DNA of 63,572 bases, counting the filler, from Aduncisulcus paluster (lineage: Eukaryota): the NCBI GenBank assembly GCA_024181965.1. It is 11 parts of 11 records of this genome, joined end to end, with 100 filler letters (N's around TTAATTAATTAA, not from the genome) between each part and the next. Parts side by side here need not be neighbours in the genome. Positions count along the whole stretch, not along the records: positions 14,683 to 33,812 come from BQXS01011924.1; positions 33,913 to 37,036 come from BQXS01011926.1; positions 37,137 to 40,152 come from BQXS01011927.1; positions 40,253 to 42,066 come from BQXS01011928.1; positions 42,167 to 48,974 come from BQXS01011929.1; 6 more parts are not named here. One strand, written 5' to 3'. The number at the start of each line of letters is the position of its first letter. The first letter of the stretch is position 1. The position numbers were made by a program, and so were the translations under genes. The notes under the pieces were generated by a model. The model searched no databases. It was not told where the DNA came from and saw only the letters and a program-made list of their open reading frames with translations. Positions 33,379 through 44,964 of the stretch are shown here, one piece after another.

Positions 33379-33618
33379 TGTTAATCGTGAATAAAACTTT
33401 ATAAAAATTATCCACGGGTCGACAAATTTATTAAATCAAATCAAATCAATCCCAACATCGCCCCCTTAGTCCAATTACAGGCAGGACTAAAGGAACTGGG
33501 ATCTGATGCATTGTTGTTTCGGGTAAGCTCAGTGAACAACTAGCTTTACATGATCATAATTAAAGTTCATACTACTGATCATAATAGAATATAAAACAGA
33601 ACTAATCATCCTTTCGTG

Positions 33619-33812
33619 CTAAAAAGTCCCTAAAGGCCAGCGAATTCTCAACCTCTTTCTTCTTGACACAACTCGTTTTTCCTTCCGGAAAACCATACCA
33701 GACCACTTCATACTTCTCATTCCTTCCGCGACCAATTCTCCTGTTGATCTTTTTTGGAAGTCGTTTGCCCATATCCTGAACACTATCGTTCCGAATAAAA
33801 GTATTACCATGG
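33619..33812 (-). CDS. 3' fragment of a membrane protein (TM segment plus basic tail)
   Basis: ORF from the contig edge: MVILLFGTIVFRIW...RKEKRVVSRRKRLR. Confidence 0.4.
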
Positions 33813-33912
33813 NNNNNNNNNNNNNNNNNNNNNNNNNNNNNNNNNNNNNNNNNNNNTTAATTAATTAANNNNNNNNNNNNNNNNNNNNNNNNNNNNNNNN
33901 NNNNNNNNNNNN

Positions 33913-36900
33913 CTCATTCTTGGATGGATCACCAGCCACACACGAGCCATGGTCAAAGCATTCCGATGAGGCTCTATTCTGACCATATCCAATCGCACAC
34001 ATGTTCCATTGACACGCATCACCACTGAAGCCCCATGCACACAGACAGGAATGAGAAAGGGGATTACACACTCCAAGACCAGAACATGATACATCGGTGG
34101 AGGGATTGGTTGGACAGATACTCTGACATGCAGTTCCATACCACCATTGGTCGTTCGATTGTGGATTTAGATCGCAGACACAGATGCCAGAATCTTCATC
34201 GCAATTGCCATTTCCATCACAGATCTTGCCATCGTTCACGGGACACAATGCAACATCACAAAGAGCTCCATCCCATCCATTAGAACAATCACAAACATGA
34301 TCTTGTTCATCACATGATCCATGATCGGAGCAAAGAATCTCATTATCGTCATCTGTCACAGGACATTCGTTATCGCATATATCACCATACCATCCTTGAA
34401 TACATTCAGTATGCATCCCTTCAGACACATTGTATGCACATTGGATATGCTCATGGAGTAGACTGCTATCAATGCATGGTGGCAATGATGCTCGAGGTGT
34501 TGAAAGGAACGATGAACATTGGAACGAGGAACTAGAATCAAGAGTAAGATATGTTGACTCATATTGTTTGTAACTGTAACGACTGCATGTTAATCCCCAC
34601 TCAGAGTCCCATAACTGACGGCACACAATGTCATTGGAAAGATCAAGTTCATCTGTATTGGAACATGGACATTCGTTTTGATCAGCAAGAAGAGTTGGAC
34701 ATGCAGAGAGCAAGTCGTTTGAAAAGTTTCCCAAGAATTCGGAACCGTCTTCACTCAGTCCACAAATATAGTTATTCGAGAGATCAAGATACTCTAATGT
34801 GTTGTAGAACGTATACAAAGGAGTTGGGTCAGAGATATTGTTGTATGACACATCAATGGCCTGCATCTCAGTATTGTTCAAAAGTTGGAAGAGTCCTGCA
34901 TCTGTCAGTTTTGTATTGCGTGCATAAAACGATGAGAGACCTGCGAAATCATTCAGAAATGCCCAATCGGTAAGTGTGGTGACATTGTTCATCGAGAATG
35001 ATAACATTGAGAAGTTGAGGGGAGCAGAGGAAGTTGTAAACATGGATGATAAGGATTCAAGAACAGTGTCATCAATGTTAAGCGACGTAAGCGAATCAAA
35101 ATAGATTCCATCAGGGAAAGAACACAGATCAACACATCCACTCACATTCAGTTCACGAAGTCCTTCACTGAGACTAGAAATGAATTCAATATCATACAGA
35201 CCTTGATTATTACTAAGATCAAGGGAATACAATGAATATGAATCACAAACATTCGCAGTGTCTTCGAATGTGAGTGCAAATGCACCAAGCTGATTGTTTG
35301 AGAGATCCAAGATGTGTAACAAACATAACTGAGAAATCCATGAAATGTCACTCACGGCATTGTCACTCAAATCAAGCTTGTTCAGGAGAGTCATGGAGCC
35401 AAGGGGAGAAACAGAGCTTATTCCATGTCCAACCAGAGATATCGATCGAATGATGAAACCAAGATGCTCAACACCTTCAAGAGTCGTCACAGAATCACCT
35501 TCGGATTCGCCTTCCACATAATCAAATTCAATCACTTCCTCGTCAATCACACTCTTCAGCGACGCCACACTAAGTAAAGGTGGATTCACAGACGAATCGA
35601 TGTGGATACTATCTGAATCGAAAAAGTTATCAACAATCCACTGACGCAAAGAATCATCCACGATTACAGGGAGACACACACCAGAATTCGTTGATATGTC
35701 TTGTACTCGACATTCTTGGCCATATTCACATCCACCAACACATGTTTGCACGTTCTCAGTAGTGGAGGAAGCACTCGTGGATGGAGTCTCAATACAATCA
35801 AACTCGGCACCAGAAGAATATTGGAAGAAACTATCAGCAGCACAAACGATATACCATGAGTTGGATCCGGTCTTTGTCTCCATGCATACCTTGTTGTCTT
35901 CAACAGCATTCGAAGAGTTGAACACAGTACCACATCTGCACAGCTGATTCGCACAGGACACTTCACAAGTCCCCATCTCCAACTTTCCTTTGATACCTTC
36001 GGATGCATCCGTACCACATATCATATTTTCATCGAGATACAACGTCATCAACGACGGCGAAAGAATATACAAGGGCGATGGATCGGAAATGGAATTTGAA
36101 TTAAGGGACAAGTATGATAATTGATCCAATGGTGTTATATGGAGAAGATCAAAGTTTGTCACATTACAGGAATCGGCACTCAACTTGGATAACATAGGGA
36201 AATGACGCAATTCCTCATAATCATCAAGAGGAGCAGATGTAATATCAAGCTCTGAAAGAACGCCATTTTCATTCAAGGCCTCTTCAGAGCAAAGCACACA
36301 ATCTTCAACCACACTGATGACAGATGCAATGGACATGGATTCCACAAGGGGTGAACAAGTGTCAGAACATTGTGGATTGGCGTACAGTGCAGAAATACTT
36401 GAAATTCCAGTATTCGCAACATCAAGATTAACGAGGTGATCCTTGAGATCGTACAGACAACTCATATCAGAGAAACTAGAGTTATCACGGAGGAACAAAG
36501 AAGTCAATTCGGGTAAGAAAGGAACCGTGGAGGCGATAATTTCATCATCAATTTTACAATCACTGATATCCAATGTTTCAAAGGCATATGGCAGGTTGAG
36601 CGAAGAGAATGGCCATTCTGAGATCGAAGAACAACCGGACAAATAGAGCTCTTGGAGGTAGATCAGAGGAGACAATGCAATGATATCGGTGAGAGAGGTG
36701 CATCCACTGAGGTTGAATGTGGACACATTAGCTGCATGCTCAAAACCATCAAGAGTAACTATAGCACGAGAACTACAATCAATCTCAAGAGGGAGATATT
36801 TTAACGACACGACACTGAATGCATGCAGATCTTGCACCGTATCCACGGGATCAAGGTATTCATACAAGCATTCTCGCAACACAGAGTCAGTGATAATATC

Positions 36901-37036
36901 AGCACAATATCCTTGAGAAGCGTCGTCATCGACATTTTTACATTCTTGGCCATATTCACAGCCTCCAGCACAATTGATGTCTGGATCAGTCGGTTGAGTA
37001 CAAGTGAATGTGGAAGCATCTGAATAGGTGATGTAT
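33913..37036 (-). CDS. Leucine-rich-repeat plus Cys-rich/EGF-like (tenascin-type) surface protein, partial at both ends
   Basis: The frame is open across the whole contig. Internalin-like LRRs (LDLSNNQL, N.ISDPSPLY), a repeated CxGGCEYGQEC linker, and C-terminal EGF repeats (CSDHGSC...CDCSNGWDGALC). Confidence 0.88.
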
Positions 37037-37136
37037 NNNNNNNNNNNNNNNNNNNNNNNNNNNNNNNNNNNNNNNNNNNNTTAATTAATTAANNNNNNNN
37101 NNNNNNNNNNNNNNNNNNNNNNNNNNNNNNNNNNNN

Positions 37137-40100
37137 CAAAGAGCCTTCAAACAAACCATTAGTAAGAACTTTGAGTGAAGCAATACCAACTTCTATGCAT
37201 GTCCTTCCTTTCACAATAAGAGAGACCGATGACAAATATGGCTTAGAATCAGCACCTGTAGAGAAAAAAGCAGAAGAAGAAGCAGAAGAAGAAGAAGAGG
37301 AAGAAGAAGAGGAGGAGGAATAGAGAGATCCTGGATGATGATGAGGAGCAGTATTAATAACTGGGAATAGATATAATAAGATACTTAGAGATACGTGGAT
37401 CAAAGAAGTTAGCACAGGCAAACATGGCGAATGGTGACACATCTTGGGGAAGAATGGAGCAATTCCATCGATTGAATGAATCATAAGACCTGGCCGAGGC
37501 TCAGATATATCATCAATGGTGGTACAAGCGACGGGTCCATGACCATCAGTATCTTCTAACTCTGAGAACTCAGCAGTAAGTTGATTGTGCTGTTTATCAT
37601 TTTTCTGAGTGATCCGTTTTCCACGTTCTCCAAGCCAAAATAACATCAATCCATCAATTCCGCCTTCGAATTTCTTCGCCATAAGACCTCGAATACTCTC
37701 AGCGGATGAAACAGTTGTACTCAGTGTTGACGAACTTTCTTCCTCATCACGTGATAAACACTCATCTATTTTAGCCGGAACTGAAGCAGAATTAGAAGCA
37801 GAATTAGAAGCAGAATTAGAAATAGAAGAAGAAGTATGTTCATCTTTTCTATTTTTTGCTCCATATTGCATTAACATCACACAAATCTTCTCATTCAAAG
37901 ATTGGATAATCTTCTGTTTCACGGGACAATATCGGACTGTAAGGTTGGCAAGCACAGAAAGAATCGAGAACAAATGCTTGGTATTGTCAATGACATTCAT
38001 TTGAAGTAATGTATTGACACAGACAGAAACGACTTCTTCATGAGCAAAATACTCACGTAGGCAAACAATGCTCCTTGAAGCCACACAAAGACAAGCGATG
38101 CATGCAATAGCAAGCTCAGAATAAGGGGATACGATATCTTCACAGATAACGGTGCCAGGAAGTTTCTCTCTTATTGTCTTGATTTCTCTCTTGCCGCATA
38201 CAGACATACATTCACCAAGAAGCCCATAAGCAGATACTTTATGCTTCAAAGTGAATCCCTGTCGATTGGTTATGATATCACACATGTAAGCAACAATTCC
38301 ACACTTAACTACACCTTCAATCACGCTTCTTTCCCCTAAACGAATCATCATTGATAGAGAAGACATTGCTTTCTGTGCAATTACTGGGGAATTGGGCTGG
38401 GTTGCTAATTTGAGTAGAGACGAACAAACAAACCCTGTTGTGGCCTTTGTTTTGGATGTGTTTAATCGGGCACCAAGGAAGAATGAGTGCAAAGAAGGAG
38501 GGAGACCATAGACTACATCTGTTCCTCTCGTCCTATCTTTTTCCATTTGAACTGTTTGGTCAATCTCAAGCGATGGGAACATATACACTTGTCTCTGTGC
38601 TTGTCTCTGAAGAGTTCGTTGTTCCTCTGTTGATCTACGCAGTTCATCTGACTCATCAAAGAAGACAAGGTCATTATCTCGACCTTGGTCATCATCAATA
38701 TCTGATCCAACCCCACCTTCTCCTCCGTCTCTCTCTCCTCCTCTCTCTCCTCCTCTTTCTTGTGCCAGATCTTCTTCTTCTTCATCCTCTGCACTGCCAA
38801 TTGTACTCAATCCATGACCACGATTCGAGTCATCAGAAGCAGATGCATGGATTATGGTAACACCACGACGTTCTATAGAGACGACAGATTCACCAATGGT
38901 CGCTTGTCCTTCTCGTCGGACCATTCCAGGTGTGTGGTTTCCTTGTTCTCCGGGCTCAATATCCACCGATAATGCTGCTCGATCTGACGGTGGCGATCTA
39001 TCTCTTGTTCTTAGAGCTTCAACAATCTGACTATTATCTCGACTATCTTGAGGTATTTCAGCAAATTTCTGGAACTCCTCCTCTTCAAAGTTGTTTGAAT
39101 CCTCAATTTCATAAAAATGGGGATAGTACGAACAATAAACAGAGTTTTGGAATAAATGTCGTGTCTTTCGATGCTGATAATAAGCTGGTTCAAGTTCAGG
39201 TGAGGTATCATGACTATTTCTAGCACAAGAATGATAATCTTTCGTTCCCTTCAACTTTCCAGAGTTAGTTTCTTCTTCTTTCCTTTCATCTGATTCTTCC
39301 TCTTCCTCTTCTTCTGCTTCTTTTTCCTCTTCATCTTTTCCGACTCCTGAAGCTCCTTCTCTTCCAATTTCTATTGTTCTTGTAGGAGAACTAGTTGATT
39401 TATCCATCAGAATCCGGCTCCCACATCCCTTTCTCTTCTTTCTCCATTGCCAATGTGGTTCTTTGACACGCACACATATGAAACTATTCTCACTCAAAGT
39501 TGTACAGAGCAAAGCCGTCAACAAAAACAATCCCTCGGCTCTTTTCCGAACACTCACATCAATTGAAGATTCCCTTGCACACAGATATGCAGCATGGGAG
39601 TGGGTATCAATGTCAAGCTTAGGCAAGAGAAGGGAAAGCGATGAGAGAAATGTTAGGATAGAATTTGTTTGGGAGTGTGAGAGAGAATGGAAAAATCCAG
39701 GATAATGATGTTTCAATAAATAGGCTTTGGATTGAAGAACATGAGGAATTGAAGATATTCCAAGCTTCTCTTCTCTCCCTCTCCCTCTTCCTCCTCCTCT
39801 TCCTCCTTCTCCTCCTCCTCTTCCTCCATCTCCCCTTCCTCTTTTTGTTCTTGATTTTGTTCTTGATTTTGTTTTTGTTTTTGTCCTTCTTTCTTGTTCC
39901 TCCTGATGTCCTGATATTGTTGTTGTTTGTGAGGAAGGAGATACATTTCTTTGCAAGGAATGTCTTGATCTTTCGATTTGACTTGAGGGATGTCCAAACA
40001 AGAAATGCAGTAAAGGCAAGATAACACAATGCGAAAGATACATTTGGGTCGAAGATTTAGTAAATGGTAAGCTTGAGGCCATAAACACCAGCATTGACAG

Positions 40101-40152
40101 AGAATTGTTCAAATGGGGAGTCAAAGAGAAGAGAAGAGGGGAAATATCAAGA
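37137..40152 (-). CDS. Armadillo-repeat protein, ARMC8/Vid28 (GID/CTLH E3 complex)-like, partial
   Basis: CLCVASRSIVCLREYF (cf. ARMC8 CLHSLSRSVQQLRTSF) and LSVLANLTVRYCPVKQKI (cf. LCNLLLEFSPSKE); many low-complexity inserts. Confidence 0.6.
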
Positions 40153-40252
40153 NNNNNNNNNNNNNNNNNNNNNNNNNNNNNNNNNNNNNNNNNNNNTTAA
40201 TTAATTAANNNNNNNNNNNNNNNNNNNNNNNNNNNNNNNNNNNNNNNNNNNN

Positions 40253-40852
40253 TTGTTCCTTGTCTTGTATGTGCTCTATCTCTTTGGTGTTTTCACCTCT
40301 GGGAAGCTTGTGAAGGGTCACCCTGACCTTAACGACTACGAATTCTTTGTCGCTAAACACGTGAAGGGTGTTGCTTACAAAGACTCCTGGAAAGACTTTG
40401 CAGCCATTGACAAGATGTTGAAAGATGCCAAGATCCCCCACGAGGACAGCATTGGTATATACTACAACGACCCCAAGGATACCCCCGTTGCCGACCTGGA
40501 GTTTGATGGTGGATATTTCATCCCCACCGAAGATGTCGCCAAAGCCAAGGCTCTGGGTCTCACTGTGTTCAAATACCACAACGACGAATACACCCATGTC
40601 AAAATGCCCCTCCCCAGCTTCTTGGCATTTGCTTCCGTCATCCCCAAGGCCTATGGCATGCTTGCTGAGCACTTCAAGGCTTCTGGCAAGTGTGATGCTT
40701 GTGCCACTCCCAAGTCCCCCAAAACCCACAAAAGCCCCAAGCCTAAGAAGAAGGGACAGCCCATTCCACACACCATGCCCCTCGGTGTCGAGATTTACAA
40801 GAAGAACTCCATTTACTTCATGGTTGATGCCGAATGGGATGAGATGCCCTAA
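40253..40852 (+). CDS. TEX264-like / GyrI-like domain membrane protein, 5'-truncated
   Basis: N-terminal TM, SIGIYYNDPKDTP, MPLPSFLAF...KAY, VEIYKKNSIYF; C-ending codon bias suggests high expression. Confidence 0.7.
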   Translation: MFLVLYVLYLFGVFTSGKLVKGHPDLNDYEFFVAKHVKGVAYKDSWKDFAAIDKMLKDAKIPHEDSIGIYYNDPKDTPVADLEFDGGYFIPTEDVAKAKALGLTVFKYHNDEYTHVKMPLPSFLAFASVIPKAYGMLAEHFKASGKCDACATPKSPKTHKSPKPKKKGQPIPHTMPLGVEIYKKNSIYFMVDAEWDEMP

Positions 40853-41075
40853 TCAACCTCTTGGATCAGCACTCTTGTCTTACACACGCCAGTTCTGGAA
40901 TGATTATGCTATTCAGGACTTAAATTGGTCACTAATTAGTGGCTATTTGTTAATTTAATCTATCTTTTTATTGTATTTCAATCGATAGTAAATGCCATAT
41001 TGTAGAAAACACTGCTTCCAACTATTTTAACTCCAATAACATAATAAACGATAAACAACATAATACTACGTCTCC

Positions 41076-42066
41076 TTACTTCAAATCCTGATATATATTC
41101 CTTGCATATGACAATGAAAAGCCCTCTAATTCGTCAGCAGTTGTTGTATCCGTTGTATCTTCCATAGTTGCAAAGCCTATACCGCTCTCATTTCCTAACC
41201 TGAGTGAATCTCCATCGGATGGTCTTTCGGTACTAATTATTTTTGATTTATACTCGTCAGGAGGTATACTAGTGGCCTCTCTCTTCTGGTGTTCTTTGAG
41301 ACCTGTATGTGACGAAAGACCAACAACACAGACGATATCACGTTCCCCTTGACCGTCATCCTCATGTTCTTCTTTCATCTCGGCCCAAGAAGTGAAAGGA
41401 ACATCCATATCTAGCTCAGATGTCTTCAATAGAATGCTAAGCTGAGAATCGATATCCTCGACTTCTGACCGCAACAACTTGTTCATAGCAGGTGATATCG
41501 GTGCATGGGAACGTGTTCCATGGCCAAAATCTTTGGCATGGGAAGAAGAGGGACTAGCCACATTGCCATAGCGATCAACGGAAGGGGCAATGGGTTCATC
41601 GGCTTCAAATGGTCTTTTGGTTGGGTTTATCGTTATACTCGCATCAAAGGGTTTCTCACGAGCAGAAATAAACTCAGGTTTCCTCTTTTTCTGCGGACGG
41701 ACAGGGTCTTGATCTTGTAGAACATCAAGGGTAAGGGGAAGAGCTCGAGCAGACAAATCAGGATTGACAACAAGTGCTTCCTTTGATGGTATTGACATGG
41801 ATGGATTGGCACAGTCATCACCAGAATGCTGGAATAAAGAAGTGTTATATAAATCCTCATCAGAATCAAGATCATGTGTTGGGAATGTAGAAGAAGGAGC
41901 ATGCATATATGACATCTTTTGAATATGCTGAGACTGACGAAGTTGTTTGGTAACATCATCACACCTGGATTTTTCTATTTCAACCTCTTCTTGAAGGATT
42001 TCCCTTTGTTTGCGGAGAGATTCTTTTGTGGCTTGCAATTCAGCTTTAAGAATAAGGTTTTCCTGA
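41076..42066 (-). CDS. Hypothetical protein, C-terminal part (coiled coil plus disordered tail)
   Basis: The frame is open from the contig edge to the stop at 41076. Confidence 0.65.
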
Positions 42067-42166
42067 NNNNNNNNNNNNNNNNNNNNNNNNNNNNNNNNNN
42101 NNNNNNNNNNTTAATTAATTAANNNNNNNNNNNNNNNNNNNNNNNNNNNNNNNNNNNNNNNNNNNN

Positions 42167-44218
42167 CAATCTGTAAAATTGTCCATTCTCACCCTTATCA
42201 AACCTCACGTCAGAGAATGGCTCTCCATATATAATGACCCGACATGCATGGATATGTGGATTGTTCTGTTATCTAACATGACTGAATTTCCAGATAAAGA
42301 CGATAATCCTAATCTAACATTATGTGCTGATGCCTGGAGTTTGTTCGAACCTGTGACTGATATTTTACCTGAAATATTTGCAAAAGGAAATGAATTCCAA
42401 TATGATTTTCTTATTCTGCTTTTCTTCTCCAATCTGAGTTCCATTCCTTCACAGACCATTGAAGTCTACGAACAGTGTAAGGGGTTTCTTGACCCTTGGT
42501 TCGAGCTATATCAAAGGAAACAATCTAAATGGGGGATTGAATTTTGGTCTCGCCTTATCACGAATTTCTCCAGCGTTCCATCTCTTGTTCCAAAACTCTC
42601 TTCTAAATTTGATGCCAAGATGAAATGGTGCAAACTAAATGGAAAGATGTGTGTGACAAGTGTGCATTATTGTTGTTATCTTGCTCATTGCTCTTCGTCT
42701 GAAATTTCCAATAAGATCCAACCTTGGAACGAGTTACTGAAAGAAATTATCTACCAATGTCCCAATTCGCAGTCTATTTCTACACTGTACAATAATTACA
42801 AAGGACGAATCAAAGCTCTATTCCAGAGTTTGAAAACAAATTCACAAATTGAATCCAATCAAACCGAGATTTTCTATTGTTGTCAGTGTCTATCGTGTTT
42901 TCTGCAACCTTCCATCTTCCGTAAATACCCACATAAGGTTCAGTCACAAGTGTTACTCCCAGAGGATGATTATAACGATTTGTTTGATACCTTCATTGAC
43001 GATATTTCACGATTTGGAACTGTTCTTCCTGGTAGTTTGATTGATCACGAGTTTTGTATCTTATGTTGGCGTTATTCACAAAATCATTTTCATTCCTGTG
43101 AACATTTCTTTGGAAAGATTCATTCTAATTTATCCCGAATCTTCACAGAAATCGTCACGGGGAAACTTATTGGGGAAAATATTGAACAATTTATCGTCAG
43201 AATTCTCAATCTTGCCGTGTTTTTACTCGACATTTCTACAAAATCGTCAATACTCTCTCTGTTTCAACCTTTTGTTGCCAGATTTTTTAGGAGGTTTGAT
43301 AATATCTTCATTCAAAGGGGTCTTATAAATATGTTGTATTTCATGACACTTTCTTCCAACTATGGCCCTCCAAACGCTCGGTTAGCTTCTGAGGCCTGGC
43401 CATTGTTCAGTGTTGTCATGAGGACATTTCGAAGACACCACCGTGATTTCACTCACTACAATGTGTTTGGATTCTTTGCCAATTTGTGTTGTGATTCTGC
43501 CCGTATTCCTGAGATCTACACCAATGTCAAAGATGTGTTAATTCCTTGGTATGAGTATCATAAGGATAAAGATTATGTCCACAGTTGTTCACAATGGTTT
43601 CGTCTCATTTCGATGCTTTCTTCTGACCCATCGATCATTCCATTTCTCTCTCCCAAGTTTGACGATAGCATGAAATGGATTTGGGATAACAAGGCCACTC
43701 AGCAACCAGATTACGATCGTTATGTTTCCAATGTTGCCGCATATGTTTCAAGAAAATTCTTCATTCCGCTAATCTCCTCTGTTCCCATGGTTTCGATGAT
43801 CCCTGTGCTTGAAACATCGATTTCTCCAGATTCTGGTGAATATGAGTATGTTTCCCGGATATGTTCTGTGATGGAATTTACTAAATCTTTGAAAGGAACA
43901 CATTTCTTCTTGGATTTCTCCCTCGTTAACGTGATAACGGGTGTAGCAATTCAGCACAAAACAAAAATATGTGCTCGAGGCCAGATCTGCTGTGAAATCC
44001 CAAAAAAGCAAAGGGACGCCGGAGAAAGTTGTAAGCCAGATGAAAGCAAGCTCTTCATTGAGAAAGACTCCATCAATCATTCTTCTCTAATGCTATATAC
44101 TGCTCCACGACATATGACAATATCAATGCCTGTTGAAGATGAAAGACACTTGAGACAATCAGTCTATGATAGCATCGAACAGTCTGGAGCAGGAGTTGAG
44201 GTTCTATTTTTAGGATAA
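42167..44218 (+). CDS. Lineage-specific ARM/HEAT-like repeat protein, 5'-truncated
   Basis: Internal repeat (DAWSLF...FFSNLS...W.RLI..FSS.PSLVPKLSSKFD..MKW occurs twice); helical composition. Confidence 0.75.
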   Translation, partial: QSVKLSILTLIKPHVREWLSIYNDPTCMDMWIVLLSNMTEFPDKDDNPNLTLCADAWSLFEPVTDILPEIFAKGNEFQYDFLILLFFSNLSSIPSQTIEVYEQCKGFLDPWFELYQRKQSKWGIEFWSRLITNFSSVPSLVPKLSSKFDAKMKWCKLNGKMCVTSVHYCCYLAHCSSSEISNKIQPWNELLKEIIYQCPNSQSISTLYNNYKGRIKALFQSLKTNSQIESNQTEIFYCCQCLSCFLQPSIFRKYPHKVQSQVLLPEDDYNDLFDTFIDDISRFGTVLPGSLIDHEFCILCWRYSQNHFHSCEHFFGKIHSNLSRIFTEIVTGKLIGENIEQFIVRILNLAVFLLDISTKSSILSLFQPFVARFFRRFDNIFIQRGLINMLYFMTLSSNYGPPNARLASEAWPLFSVVMRTFRRHHRDFTHYNVFGFFANLCCDSARIPEIYTNVKDVLIPWYEYHKDKDYVHSCSQWFRLISMLSSDPSIIPFLSPKFDDSMKWIWDNKATQQPDYDRYVSNVAAYVSRKFFIPLISSVPMVSMIPVLETSISPDSGEYEYVSRICSVMEFTKSLKGTHFFLDFSLVNVITGVAIQHKTKICARGQICCEIPKKQRDAGESCKPDESKLFIEKDSINHSSLMLYTAPRHMTISMPVEDERHLRQSVYDSIEQSGAGVEVLFLG

Positions 44219-44493
44219 TGAGAAATTAAAGGCAGGAGGGGGTCGGATTAGTCGAGAAGACCATATCAGTTTTACATTGAATCAATGTGTGATTTTGTTA
44301 GATAATCCAGCCATCCACAAAGATGAATGGTCTCAAATATCCCAAACTATCATTTAGAGTGTCGGATAAGCGGTTAGAGACTCTTTCCAAAGTAACTTCA
44401 ATAAATATGGGAATTCCAAGGATTGATGCCTTATACTGGCAGAAGATCACTAATGAATGATATTATTCATCAAGAATTCTTCTCCAAAAAGTG

Positions 44494-44951
44494 CATATTC
44501 TAGGCATAGTGACCAAGAAAAAGCAAAAAATCAAGAATACCTCTAATGAAGTCAGCTTAGTTTTATCATAGATTTAAAGTGCATAATGATATTTTTAAAC
44601 CATGTGATATTTATAATAGTTCGTAATCATTGTTAAAATTTGATCCTCGAGACATTCTCATTTTTGCTGTATTTTGTCACAATCTATAAATTAAGGGGTA
44701 TATCTCTCCATCAAAATTTATATTACATTTGTGTTAGGTTTATTCAAAGCGACATATACCCATTTCTTTTACTGTATGTTAAAATATCTGATGGATATGG
44801 TTTCAGAGCATTTCGCTCAATTCAAGTTTACTTTTATTGTTTGAATATATCTTATCATCCATTTATTCTATTTCCTCAACATTTTCTATTCTTATATTTT
44901 CAGAAATCGACATATTCTAAGCATAGTAACCTAGAAAAAGCAAAAAATCAA
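44494..44951 (+). repeat. 41-nt imperfect direct repeat (44494-44534 and 44911-44951)
   Basis: CATATTCTARGCATAGTRACCWAGAAAAAGCAAAAAATCAA, 38/41 identical. Confidence 0.85.
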
Positions 44952-44964
44952 CTTGATTTACTAA

